Of a stretch of 64,000 nucleotides of DNA, positions 37,601 to 49,645 are shown piece by piece. The position numbers and the translations under genes are program-made. The DNA is from Flectonema sp. DT1601 (lineage: Eukaryota). The DNA lies in contig OZ025791.1 of the NCBI GenBank assembly GCA_964019425.1, forward strand, positions 310,001 to 374,000, in the 5' to 3' direction. Below the pieces are notes generated by a model. It made no database searches. It was not told the origin of the DNA and worked only from the letters and a program-made list of their open reading frames with translations. Numbering within the stretch: the first letter of the stretch is position 1; each line of letters begins with the position of its first letter.

Positions 37601-39763
37601 TACTCCTCACACATAGGAGATGTTTGATATTTGAAATACGCATCAGCACACATGTTATTCGTTCAGATCTTCAGCAACCATAAAACACTTTCTCACCAAC
37701 CTCTCCGTTTTAGACAGAAATGGACCGAGTGATGCGGTACATTTAAGATGCATTTTTCACTTGTCATCAAAAATAATATCTTGACTGTATATATATATAC
37801 GGATGCGAAGTCAAAAGAAACAACACGCTTCAAAAAAATAAAAAAAAAAACACGAAAGTTATTTTCTTTCATATAACTGAGAGGAGTTATATCAAAGAAT
37901 TTGTTTTACTACGATAAAATCATGTTATTAAATAAAAAAAACTCACTAGTGATGTGACATCGCAAATTTATTTTCCTAAAATGGAAAAAACAGAATCTAA
38001 CACAGTCATTGCACGCAAGCAAAGTTCGATTCGCATTTGTTACGCAAAGTTTATTATTATTTTAATTGTCATAATCTTTTTTACACAGGGGGAGCACCTT
38101 AATTGAGATAAGTGCTGTTAAAAAAGTTGCAAATTTTTCAACATGGGGAAAAAAAAAAGAATAAAACTAACTTAAGAGAAAAAAAAAGAAGAAGAAGAAG
38201 AAGAAGAATTAACACTGCCATAACCACTATAAAAAGGGTGGACAGACCGTGTTGTACTTTTATTTTTTTCATTTCAGAGAACTTAGCCGCTATTTTTTTC
38301 TTCACTGTTCGAACCATTAGAGAGAGGAAAAATTCAGATCAAAAAAAAGAGCCTTTATCCCTTTCCCTATGAATACCGTCAACAAAATATAAGGCTTATC
38401 TGAATAGTTTTTTTTTTTTTTTTTTTTTTAAAACAACACCACTCTTTTTTTTTTTTTTTGAACAAAACTACTAATAAAACCAAAAAAAAAAAGTAGGTAT
38501 TGCCAGATATTAACGATGTTGGCTGAAACACTGCTTCTCATTTCGTACATGATTGTGAGAAGCCGCAGTAACAAGAAAAGACCTATCTAATACTACGAAA
38601 TGTATAAGGCACTTGATACAATTAAGCTTTACCAAGACCGCGTTGAATACCGAATATTATTATTTATTTTGATAAAAGAAAACAAACAAGTAAAAAAAAA
38701 AAAAAAAAAAAGAATGGAAAAAAACTAGAACAAAGTAACGAAGGAAAACCCAACATCTGCCTTATCCAATTATCAATAGATAAGTCATATCAGAAAAGGG
38801 AGAGGAATTTATCGCAGCTAGCGTGCAAAAAAGCGTCGCTATGAGAGGAGATTGTCAGAGAAATGGAAAGTTTCAGAACAGTCAAGCTATTTAGCAACAA
38901 ATCCCTACGTTAGACGTCAACTTGAGATTTGATAACCAACTGCACTTAGCGAGAGGAAGAAAGACTTACGTGTAGTGAAACACCCAAGTCATGTAGGCAA
39001 TATTCGCATTGATGCATGTAGCAGGAAAAAACGAGATTTTATCTTTTTGTAATTTTTTTTTTGTGTTACAAGCCCTATCCAGGTAAAATGCACTCCCCGC
39101 CGATAAGCATCGCATTCACACTGAGAACAATATAAAGCAATGCATAAGTAGGGCAACAAAGGAATTGGACAAATAGCAGAGGCCATAACCAGATAACAAA
39201 AATTAGTAACAATTAGAAGAACAGTACCTGAGACCGATGTGAGAGGTACACAGATAAAAAAACAGGCGAAACCAATTATGCCAACTCAGTAAACACAATA
39301 CGCGATAACGGTGGCTGAGAGTCTTTAAGCAATCTGACACTAATATAAATACTAATTAACTGAATCAAATTATGAAGCCTGATGATGTAATAAACAAAAC
39401 AACCATAACACATGCTTCTCAATAAAGAGGACAGGAAAATCCAAAGCAAGAGATCGACACTAAGACAACTATTAGTCCTTCAAGTGTTTGTAATTAACAA
39501 TTGAATTGCATGACGGCTACCACAGATTGATGGAAGATAGCCTAATTGCTTTTCCAAGGAAGGACCGAGTCACTTTCCGGAATCGAATAATAAGGATCAG
39601 AACCATAAATATCCTCCTAGGACTTACTAGCCTCAGGGACACCAGATACCAATTCTCGCACATGGGACGGCAAGTATGTCCTCTTATAGTAATAAAGCAT
39701 TCGTTGATTTCATATTTCATTTATCCGTTAGGGCGACTCTTCAAACTCAAAGGTCTACAAAAC

Positions 39764-39897
39764 ACAAAGGGTTAGACCCTTTGTAAATAAATACTGGACT
39801 AACAGGGATGCAAACAGATAAAGAAGAACTAAGTGTCCTTTCTTATTAACTACACCCGGAAACACCTCCCCTGAAGCCCTCTATATTTTTTTTGTTC

Positions 39898-39934
<37 letters not shown>

Positions 39935-42900
39935 AAGAATCTTTTTTAGAGAGGTAATTGTTTTTTACAGTGGATTTGGTGGAAGTAAATTTGCATTGTG
40001 CCAAAATCTTATTTTAACCGTCGTCTAATGGACAAATAAGAAAAGGTGTGGGCAATCAAAGCATTACTCGCACGGTTATGGTGGAAACAAATCAGAGAGG
40101 TCCATTTACTAACATTGGGGAATTTGGGTGATGAAAATTCTCAACGTGACATGGGAAGATGGGAACAAAAACACCCAGCAGTGTCCAGGTCAGAAAACAA
40201 GGACTTTCCACAAATCATCTACAGCAAGTATATCTTATAATCATATTGCTATTATTACCTCATACTCACTAATAAAGTACTAACGAGGAGGGTTTTCTCG
40301 CACACAGGCAGAGAGCACGTTCAAGGAGGGAACAATATACTGAAAAAACACATAATTTTAATTAATTGCTTGTACGACTTAAATTAATTATTTCTGATTA
40401 TCGGATCCTCCCTTCATCAGAAAGTCGTCAGGGACAAGAGAAAAGTACTCAGGGCAAGGCGTTTCTCGCATGTAGCGGAGAGTCCGAGCACAGCAGTGTC
40501 CTAATTACAAAAATTAGGACTATAATAGAACGAGGAGTTGGAATGAGATTCGCAAGAAAATGAGAAGAAAAAAAAAATTGTTACGAATATGTTTCGTATC
40601 ACAAAGCTTTTCCTGTGGCAAAGTAATTCATGAAGACAGAGCTAATTCTAGCTGCCTCACATTTTCAAGAAAAGATCACTTCTATTAGTTCCAATCAATT
40701 TCCTTTCACAAATAATTCTGTCTCCCGCACTAAAAAAAGGTGAAGCCAGAATACAACAAGAGAATAATTCCCTCCGAAGTACGTAACATAGAACATGTGT
40801 CACGAAAACTACGTCGTGACGTTCAGCTGACATAAAGAGGTACTTGATCACAAACTAAGAAGTAAAATAATATCGCAGTAGTTATTAGGAAGATTCATTA
40901 AATGAGCATCGCATCACAAAGAGAAGCGAGCAGAGCAACAAGTCTCACTAGCGTCATGTAAAGAGGTACTACGACTTAAGTGTTTAGACTTCATGGAGGA
41001 TAAAGGATCACAAAAGTAAATACACTGCAAGGAGGGATTCACAGGTATTACGTCTTACACGAAATCTTTACTACAATCAGTAAAGATGTATTACAACAGA
41101 TTCCGACACTTTTTTGAAGCGCCTCGTTGTTGTCTCGCATGAAAGGCCAAATTTTATCGAAATAGCGACGTGACTTTACAGTACCGATATTGCGACACGA
41201 AACAGAGAAAAACAAAAAATGTAAATGTAAAAGGACGACTACGCAGGCACATTGTCATTACATACAAATGCCGTGCCGTGAAATTATTTGAAGTCAGGCG
41301 GGAGGATAATCTTGCAGGGAAGGCAAAGAGTCCACACCCATCAAATTCGTCATCACTAATAAATGATTAGGAGAGTAGAGTATAGTTTTAAACAAATGTA
41401 CAGAACAGTAGTTGGTTGTTACTAACAAGAACACAAGTATGAATTCATTGAACTCTGTCTTTGTCTATTTCTGAAATTTAAGGAGTGGAGTAACACTTGT
41501 ACGATATTTTAAAAAAAAGAGACGGATACTACTGTTTCAATGGAATGAAAACAATGTCCAATCTTAAAAAAGTCAAAACATACAAGTGATAATATATTCT
41601 TCTCGCCAAGGCGGAGAGTTGAAACAACGTTAAAGTCTTATTGAGATATATCATTAGACAGGGGAAGCTGATCTAATTAAATGACATTTTAAGAGACGTT
41701 GAATTTGTTTGTTGTTTGAAATTGTCAAAAAGGAAAGAACAAAAAAAAAAAAAAAAAAGGAGGGGGAAATGCAAAAACAAAGAAGAAAATTATAAAAACT
41801 GTATTTATATTTTTCCCTTCTCCCCCCCCCGATATTTGATAAAAATCGTTGTATTTGAAAAAAAAAAAAAAAAAAAAAACGAAATCGGAGAGGGTGTGCC
41901 ACATCTATTGTGCAGACTATCCAACAAATCTTTTGCCCAGTAGAAATACTGGTTGGTTGCTTTTGATTGTTTGGTTAGAATAATTGCACTATTAATATCG
42001 CACAGTCACAAGTCATCCTCTGAAAACAGAAATTAGAAAACACGGGAAGGCAAAATAATACCAACTGACAACAGAAATTACACCATTTTTGTTATCTAAC
42101 GAACTTCTGAGTCATTACTCCCAGACCAGGACCTACCACAAAACATTAAAATATTAATGTTACCAGAGGCGGCCAATAATTTTTTTTTTTTTTTTTTTTT
42201 TTTTCACCGTTATTTTCCTTTTGAAAAAAGAAAAAAAAAAAAAAAAAAACAGAAATACGACAAAGCAACAACTAATAATAATAAACAACAAAAGTAATGT
42301 TTAATTGCTGGTGAGAATGATAAACTGACTGCTCGCAACAAATAGCAGCTGCTATTCTATGCTATTCGTTTCCAGCAAGAAGGCAGCTGACTAGACAGAA
42401 AAGTGATTTGGAAAACAGTAATGTTCAATATAACATTAATAACAATTAGGGAATAGGGAAAACGCACGAATTGGGACACCTTTTGTTACCGGAAACTTCA
42501 CAAAATTAGTTTTTTTTTTTGTTTTTTTGTAACTAATTGAGAAATCAGACATTCGAAGCTGTAAAAAGAACGAAGTCGCATTGCTCGCAGTAGCTGAGTA
42601 ACGTTCGATGTAACTAGATAGGACGAACTACACTACATATTAGAATGATATGGATCGCATCACTCGTGAAAGCTGAGTAACTACACTCACAGGTCTTACA
42701 AGTTTCTTGCAAAACTTATTTGCCGTGAGAGTTAAAATGTCAACAGAAAGAAGAAAGGAAAAAAAAAAAAAAAAAAGAAAACTGTTGAGAATGTTAATAC
42801 TACACGAAACTAATTTTAAACGAAAGCTGCACTATAAATTATCTTCGAGGCTCAGGGATACAATAAACGTTGATAATTAATTCTAACTATCAACGGTATC

Positions 42901-45900
42901 ATCGAAACGCTTTATACAATCCGCATACACCAACAGGTGATGTTTATTTAAGAGTCAAGAGAAGCATGCGCAACTTTTCAGCGGGAGGGAAACTCCAGCA
43001 ACAGGAGTTAGTATTCTGTAGTCGTTAGGCATCCATTCATGAAGCCGGAGGATACCAGGACTAGTACACATAGAGGGAAAATAAATTGTCTCACCAATTG
43101 TTGAAAGAATTAGTCATCCCAACAGATTGCTCGCATCAACAACATAGCGTCGGTTGGTAATCACAGTTCTGATTCCAATCCCGTACTAGTTAAGCATAAT
43201 GGGTCGATTAGGAAAGAGTTAAGGAGCTCAATAGTCATATTCTCGCTTGTACTCCTTGACTACTAACATGTTTTACAGCTTCATCAGAAAGGTATCGAGG
43301 GTGACGACCCTTACCTTCTAAGCCAGGGCATTTCATAGTAAAGAAAGCTTTTTTAGGTTGTTTTTTGCTTAAAACTCTTCCCACAATCGCTATTGCTGCT
43401 CAAGGAATGGAAGCAGGCCAGTACAACCTTCAAATGGAAAGTTTCTGAAACTTCAAACCGCGGTGAAGGGTTTATTATACAGAAACAAGGTATCGCACCA
43501 CAAGCATATTATTGCTAAACCCACCACTTGCTCGTTTTGAACCTCTTTAGGGGCTCACGACGAAAAAATAAGAGAATGAAGAAACGCATTTTAGTTTTTT
43601 TTTTTTCAACCTATCAACACGCACATAGGCTCGCAACTGTAGCTGACAACCTGGTGACAAATACAGAGAAAAGTCGCGGCGGTGGAAACCGATAGTCTTC
43701 GCAGAAATAATCGCGAACCACATTGGGGTTCATATAAAGTGTAGGAATCAATACAACTCCGATAACACACAACTCGAAACGAGGTAGTTGTGGAATGAGA
43801 ACAAGAATTGTTCTCATTCCACATAGTAGTTACACATATTGTATTAGCTTATACAATCAAATTATTCGCAAAGTACGTACGCGACGCTTCTCATTCCACT
43901 TCGAATGACAGGTAAAATACTTTTCAACGTGTAGACAATTACGATTCTTCCTTATTTTATTTTTAGTCTCTTATTGGTGCCCAGAATATTATTCTGCACC
44001 CTATTATTACATTTAAAAGAAAAGTGAAAAAAAACTATTTTTGTGTTGAGGTAGGGTAACCCCAACTGTGAAACTTCTCCTTACAGGGTTGCTGGGTAAG
44101 AAAATCAAAAAAAAAAAAAAAAAATTCAAAACAACTGACAAGGCATCGCCTACATCAGATGGATTGATAAAGAAGTTCGTTACGTTACGTATTACGCATC
44201 GCTGATACAGTAAACTAAGGAGCATCGGGTTAACTCCGTAGAGCTGCGAGGCAGAAGCAACGTAAGTAGACTCAATCTTGTTAAGATTGTGATTCGTGAG
44301 GGAACTTCGCATTTTGGGGGAAAAACAATGTTAATGTCGTTCCGTAATTCACAACAGGAATATGTTCTCCGTGAAAAAAAAAAAATTCTCTTTTTTTTTG
44401 AAATAATAAATACTTAGGGCCAATGAATTCTAACTAAAATAAACCTATGCCTGAAATGAACAAATAAATATCAACATTTTGGGCAGAAGACAAAAACACA
44501 AAAAATAAAAGCAGATAGTGTAGCATTCGTGTGACTTACGGAAAGTCAGGTGAGCCATACACTATACATGTGTTTTTCGGCAATCTTTCAACCAGCCGTT
44601 TATAAAAAGAATCTGGTTGAACTTTTTTTTTTTTTTTTTTTTTGTTGTAAAAAAAACACTCAAAACTCACACCAAAATATGCGAATTTTGGGAGAACTAG
44701 TGCATTGATTTTATACTTGTTAATGTTATTTATTGTTTGAGTTTGAGGATTAGCAAAGTTCGAGAAGGGATAACCTTCATAAGCAATTCGAACGTTGCTT
44801 GCTTTTTCGTCCTATCAGCTTACCAATTACTTAATGTGGTAAACTCAAGAACGCTGATTGGATGTGAAAAGAAAAAAGAAATAACGGAAACAAATAATAA
44901 TAATAATAAATAAATAAACAAAAAAAGAAGGAAATAATAACAATAATAATGCTTAAGGTGATTGAAGAACGAAATAACAAAAAGAAATTATGATTATTTA
45001 TGACACTGCCAAGCATTTTGCGTTGGGTGTGCGGAATTTTCTCGCAAGAAAAGTTAAAGCGATAATAATTAAAAAGTAAAGTCGGTAAATCCCATGCTAA
45101 CATAATCTTGAAGACAAACTCGTGTCAAGATATGCAATGCGAAGAACCGAAAATTGTTTGTAGGGAAACAGAAAGCAATAGAGGCACCGCCACTGCAGAG
45201 CGGGGGGCTGTTCATTTCACGAAAAATAGAAAAATCAAAAAAAAAAAAAAAAAAAAAAAGAAGAAACATATAGCGGCTAAGCTCTCTTGTGTTTTACAGA
45301 AGGAAAAACTTTTCCCGAAACAGAGGAATAAAAATACAACAAGTAACACGATTTTCTTTATTTGTCAAACGGAAAACAGCAAAATTCTTTTTCTTTTCTT
45401 TTCTTTTTTTCACACTTTTTTTTTCTTTTTTTTTCTAGTCACTGAGTTCTATAAAATTTGTATCTGTTTGTGAAAGTTTGAAATGTTTTCATTTTTTGAA
45501 CAGCAGACCTTGCAAATAAATCACACACTACTGATAGCAACTCACATATTCACATGACTGACCTACAGTTCCAACAGGAGACATTCCACTACACAAACAG
45601 AAAACAAGAGGTGAAATCAGCTCGGTATCGCAATTGCTATAAACGGGGAGTAGATCGATATTTGTAATATCAATCCGGGGGAAAAAGTAACAGAAACAAT
45701 AAAAAAAAAATAAAAAAACGGGTTTCCTCAATAACCAAAGGTTCTCTTTCTTTTGTTTTATTTTACTTTCTTTTTTTTTTTCTTTTTAAAAAAACTAAAT
45801 TATATGGGGAGAGCAAGTCCTTTGTTCATTTTATTCTTTTCTTTTTTTCTCTTGCGGGGACACCCACTCGGATTTTACGACATATGCGAGCGTATTAAAG

Positions 45901-46250
45901 ATTCTATTTTTTTTTTCCTTTTTTCGAAAAAGTAGTACATGGATATTATTTTGGAAAGAAAACGAAAACGAAAACAAAAAAGATAAAATAAACGCGGTAG
46001 AAGAGTGGCAGAGGGGGGGGGTTCCCAACAGACAAGGAACCTATATCCTTCCCATAACGGTATAAATAAAAAAATCAAAGAAAACAAATAAAAATATTTC
46101 TTTTTCTATTTTTTTTTTCTTCTTTTTTTTATTTTCCCTTTTTTTTTTGACTAGTGGGGTTGGGGTTAACTGTTTGAGCTTGTACTGCATCAAAGTTGCT
46201 AATATAAATAGTAGTAATTTATGATACAATGACTAAGGGTAATGACCCTT
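39764..46250. repeat. Three dispersed AGGGT-N3-4-ACCCTT inverted repeats
   Basis: 39764-39784, 43298-43312 and 46235-46250. Confidence 0.65.
40295..42681. repeat. Five dispersed bulged stem-loops CTCGY-N4-6-GC-N-GAG
   Basis: 40295-40315, 40463-40482, 41600-41618, 42581-42601 and 42662-42678. Confidence 0.65.
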
Positions 46251-48772
46251 CTAATGTCGTACATTAATCTGTTTTGGAGGGAAAGGATGTTATTTTTTTT
46301 TTCTTTTCAATTTTGAGTAATTTTGAGGGAGATGAACAAAAAAAAAAAAAAAGAAAAAAAAAAGAATGGAGAGAAGACAGTTATTTTTGTTTAATTTTTT
46401 TTCTTTTTTCGTTTCCTTATTTGATACGGAGTAGTACGAGGCAAGCAACACAAACGTACAAACATAAGAAACTATACATCCCTCGCGTAAGGGATAGGGG
46501 TATCTTAGTAGCGGTACTACCAGTGTTTTCCATTGCTATATGCAAACTACAAGTTTTTCGAGAATAAAAATAAAATACGCTGGGAAGCTTTGTGTTTTTT
46601 TTTTTTGTTTTTTTTATCAGTACATTATATTTCCGCTCGTTTTGTTTAAAAAAGAAAAAAACAACAGAGCTTTTTTTTACTGTTCACCAGACAACAAGAT
46701 TCAGGAAAAAAAAGAACCCGTCCAACTTCAATATATAATTTTTTTTTTCCCAAGGAAGGGAGATCGTTGCAAGAATTGTTTTTGCTACCCCGACTGATTA
46801 CCACATTATCAGCAAGGGTCATAGCGCGAGAAAGTAACTATAAAAAAAAAAAAAATTTTAAAAAAATGCTTGGAGAACAGAATATTGGAAAAAAAAAAAA
46901 AAAAAGGAAAAACGCGCAGCTAGTTGTTTAACAAGGAACACTACTTATCACGGGATGTAAATAAAAAAGGGTACAGGTACCCCTGGTTTGATATAAAGTA
47001 GCCAAATTACGAAAGGAAAATCGGCTGTTATTAATGAACTAAACAAATCTGAAAGGAATCAACGGGAAGAAGAAAGAAATAAAAAAATGAATACAAACTA
47101 GAAAAAAAAAAAGGACAAGATAATCAGCGGGCTCCTAATCACATTATAAAAGAATGAGAAACAAAAAAAAAGAGGGGAGGGTGATAGAAAAAAAAGGTGA
47201 AGTCTTTTAAGTATGCGCCTATGAAAAAAAAAAATCAAGACAAGATAACAAGGCGATAACAACTACAAAAAAAAAAAAAAAAAAACTATTTACCAAAAAG
47301 CTGCGCGTGAATTGAAAAGGTTTATAATAGAAGTAAAAAAGTATAAATATCCGTTCCCAACAAATAAAATAAATCGTGGTTTCAACGATACATAAGATTT
47401 AAATGGCAGCAGAAGGAAAGGTAAATAACATTCAACAAAAAATAGACATGTTGCCTTTCCTTCTGACTACCTCACTCCCTTCAGCAACTGAACAAACGAG
47501 TCGAAAACAGAAAAGGGAATTACAAAAAGAAAATATTCCCATAATCAAATTATTCTTTCGAGAACTCAAAAAAAAAAAAAAAAAAGAAAAATGAATGAAT
47601 GAATGAATGAAGAATAAAAAAAATCAACGAACATGAAGCTTTGTAAGAGATACCAATAAAGTCGATACTTGAGCCTTCCAGCTCGAAGCACGTACCCTTG
47701 CATTCTCGTTGTTTATTTTTTTTTTTTCTAAGACGCAAACCTGCAACTTTCCTCAGTTAACCTCACATCGTACCAGTGATATTGAGAGCGAAGAAGAACA
47801 AAAGAAAAGAAAACGAGGAAAAAAAACCACTGGAAAATATTTTTGAGGTCACTTAATTTGGCTGCAGAGTCTAAGCTGAAGGAAAAGAATGGACCACTGA
47901 AGCAGAACAACAAGGTGAGTAGGGATGACTAAAAAGATCAGACACTATGATTAAATTAAAAACAATAAAACAAAATAACAATCTCAGTCAACAACACTAG
48001 CGTCAACTAATAGTTTCCTGAGTCCCTGGTAGAGGTTATGTATTCTGTTTGGAATAATTTCCCGCTTGTTAAACTTTTTTTCCCCCTTATTTTTTTTGTT
48101 TTTTTCCTCCAACGCAAAAGCGCCCTTCTTTCACTGCCCTTTAAAATATCCTTTTTCTCACCGCGGGGGGCGAAAAACAAAAATAATAGGGTAGGAAGGA
48201 CTGCTACAAGCATCCGAGTCGCGAAAAACACCGCGCCTTTAGTCGCATTCAGCCAAGTTAGAATTCAAGGAACTGACTGCTGCCGGGCACAGGACTCTCT
48301 TTCGTCGGTGACTTCTTGTGTCGGGATTTTGCCGTAACTATTGTTTTAAATAACAGCACTGGATACGGAAAAGGTTCGTTGTCTGTCATTCACTGTCTTC
48401 CTAACTTTATTTGTTCCTTCATTCTTCAGTAGTCCTCACAGGTTGTCATTGCTGAAAGGGATATTTTTATTAAAAAACCATCCTGTTCAATTCCCCCCCC
48501 AATCTTTTTTTTTTTAAAAATGTTCTCCAAAATCGCATCCGGAGAGGGGTAAGACAGGTGGTATTCCTTTCGATTATAAATCTTTTGCTTCGTTGTTTAT
48601 AATGTTTTTTTAATTGACTTTTTTTAAATCTCTTTTTTTTCTTTTTTTGAATTAAGTAGCAGAGAAACCAATTGCAGCAACTGACGAATCAGCGCTATAA
48701 TAGTGGTCACATGAAATACTTATAAAGTCTTGCTTTATAGGCATTCGTATAACCATAGCTAATCGAACTTAC

Positions 48773-49645
48773 TTAGAGTCTGTACTTGTCTCCAACCAAT
48801 GATGCGTAGCTGTGCGCGGCGCTGAAGCGGCGAGAGAATCTGCTCGACGAGCTGATTGAAGACGAAGTAGATGAAGAAGATCCCACAGCTGAAGCAGCTG
48901 AGGATGAGCTGTCCAAATATTCTGGAAGAATGTGGACTGGAACAGTAGGCTTGCTCACTGCACGAAGAGCGTGGTCACGAAGAGCACGTCTCGCAATTTT
49001 TGGAAGAGCACCTCTGATAGCTGGAGCATCCTGAAGACCAATAAGAGCATCCCAAGGCTCATCAATTTCACTTCCGTTCTGAAGAAGGCGGAGAAATGAC
49101 GATTCCATTTTGTGCAAATCAGCAGGAGAAACACCAGAAGTCTGAGCAATCTGGTTGTGTGACCCACCATCAATCGCAACTTCTTTGCTTACAATTGAGT
49201 ATGAGGTGAGGAGAACACGGTGAGCGGTGAGTGGAGTAAATGGAAGACCAGCACGGCGATCAATTCTGTCAATCATCGAAAGAGCTGCAGGCCACACGGA
49301 GTCACCTCCACCCAAAGTAGAGAGCTGGCGCATGTAAGCAGTGATTGACATTGGTGGCGCGGTAACGCACTCAAAATCGGACTTCTGGGCAGCTAACTTA
49401 CCGGCTACGACAACCTTTCCATTTGCGCTCGCGATTGTCTCAAGCAACTCAGCAATAAGTCTTGGCTCCTCACTCCACTCTCTCTTCTTTGACTTTATTT
49501 TGTCTAACACTAGCGGCTTCAGTGGAGGACGCTTCGTCGCTGGCATCCTCGTAACAAATTGCTTTTCACTGAATCGCTCAACTCCTAAAACTCTAAAATG
49601 CTCCTCGGCATCCTTTGGACAAAGTGGCGGTAAGTCGCAACACAT
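48773..49645 (-). CDS. Divergent Pho80/cyclin-U (CYC2-like) cyclin with Ser-rich tail
   Basis: FECVTAPPMSITAYMRQL, ALSMIDRI, PFTPLTAHRVLLTS...SK and GVSPADLHKMESSFLRLL follow the Pho80-type cyclin box. First ATG (49643-49645) lies after a (CT)n-CGACAG acceptor at 49671-49672. Confidence 0.8.
   Translation of the reverse strand: MCCDLPPLCPKDAEEHFRVLGVERFSEKQFVTRMPATKRPPLKPLVLDKIKSKKREWSEEPRLIAELLETIASANGKVVVAGKLAAQKSDFECVTAPPMSITAYMRQLSTLGGGDSVWPAALSMIDRIDRRAGLPFTPLTAHRVLLTSYSIVSKEVAIDGGSHNQIAQTSGVSPADLHKMESSFLRLLQNGSEIDEPWDALIGLQDAPAIRGALPKIARRALRDHALRAVSKPTVPVHILPEYLDSSSSAASAVGSSSSTSSSISSSSRFSRRFSAAHSYASLVGDKYRL

Larger units (their letters stand above)
15332..48772. other. 33.4-kb region with no credible protein-coding ORF
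   Basis: ORFs here are at most 129 aa; many are poly-F/poly-K translations of homopolymer tracts and none has a recognisable domain. The + strand is visibly A-rich, with many long A (and some T) runs separating complex blocks. Confidence 0.8.

Noticed and set aside
41294..41356. Box C (GTGATGA)...box D (CTGA) pair on the minus strand as a C/D snoRNA; desert as a snoRNA cluster
   Set aside because: Only a 2-bp terminal stem and no convincing rRNA-complementary guide. C/D pairs are not recurrent across the blocks. A snoscan/snoReport run would be needed to exclude it fully.
43261..43297. Plus-strand TACTAAC...TTTTACAG followed by a 13-nt microexon and GTAT donor
   Set aside because: Single instance with no partner exons or frame; CTAAC words are common on this A/C-rich strand.
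15448..48337. Dozens of 60-129 aa ORFs in the desert
   Set aside because: Many have non-ATG starts or poly-F/poly-K content from homopolymers, and none has a domain motif. The 129-aa ORF at 25874-26263 overlaps the structured module and is not protein-like.
15332..48772. Transposon or endogenous virus as the explanation for the desert
   Set aside because: No terminal repeats, target-site duplication, or RT/transposase/capsid-like ORF remnants were seen by eye. A highly decayed element cannot be excluded without a repeat-library search.
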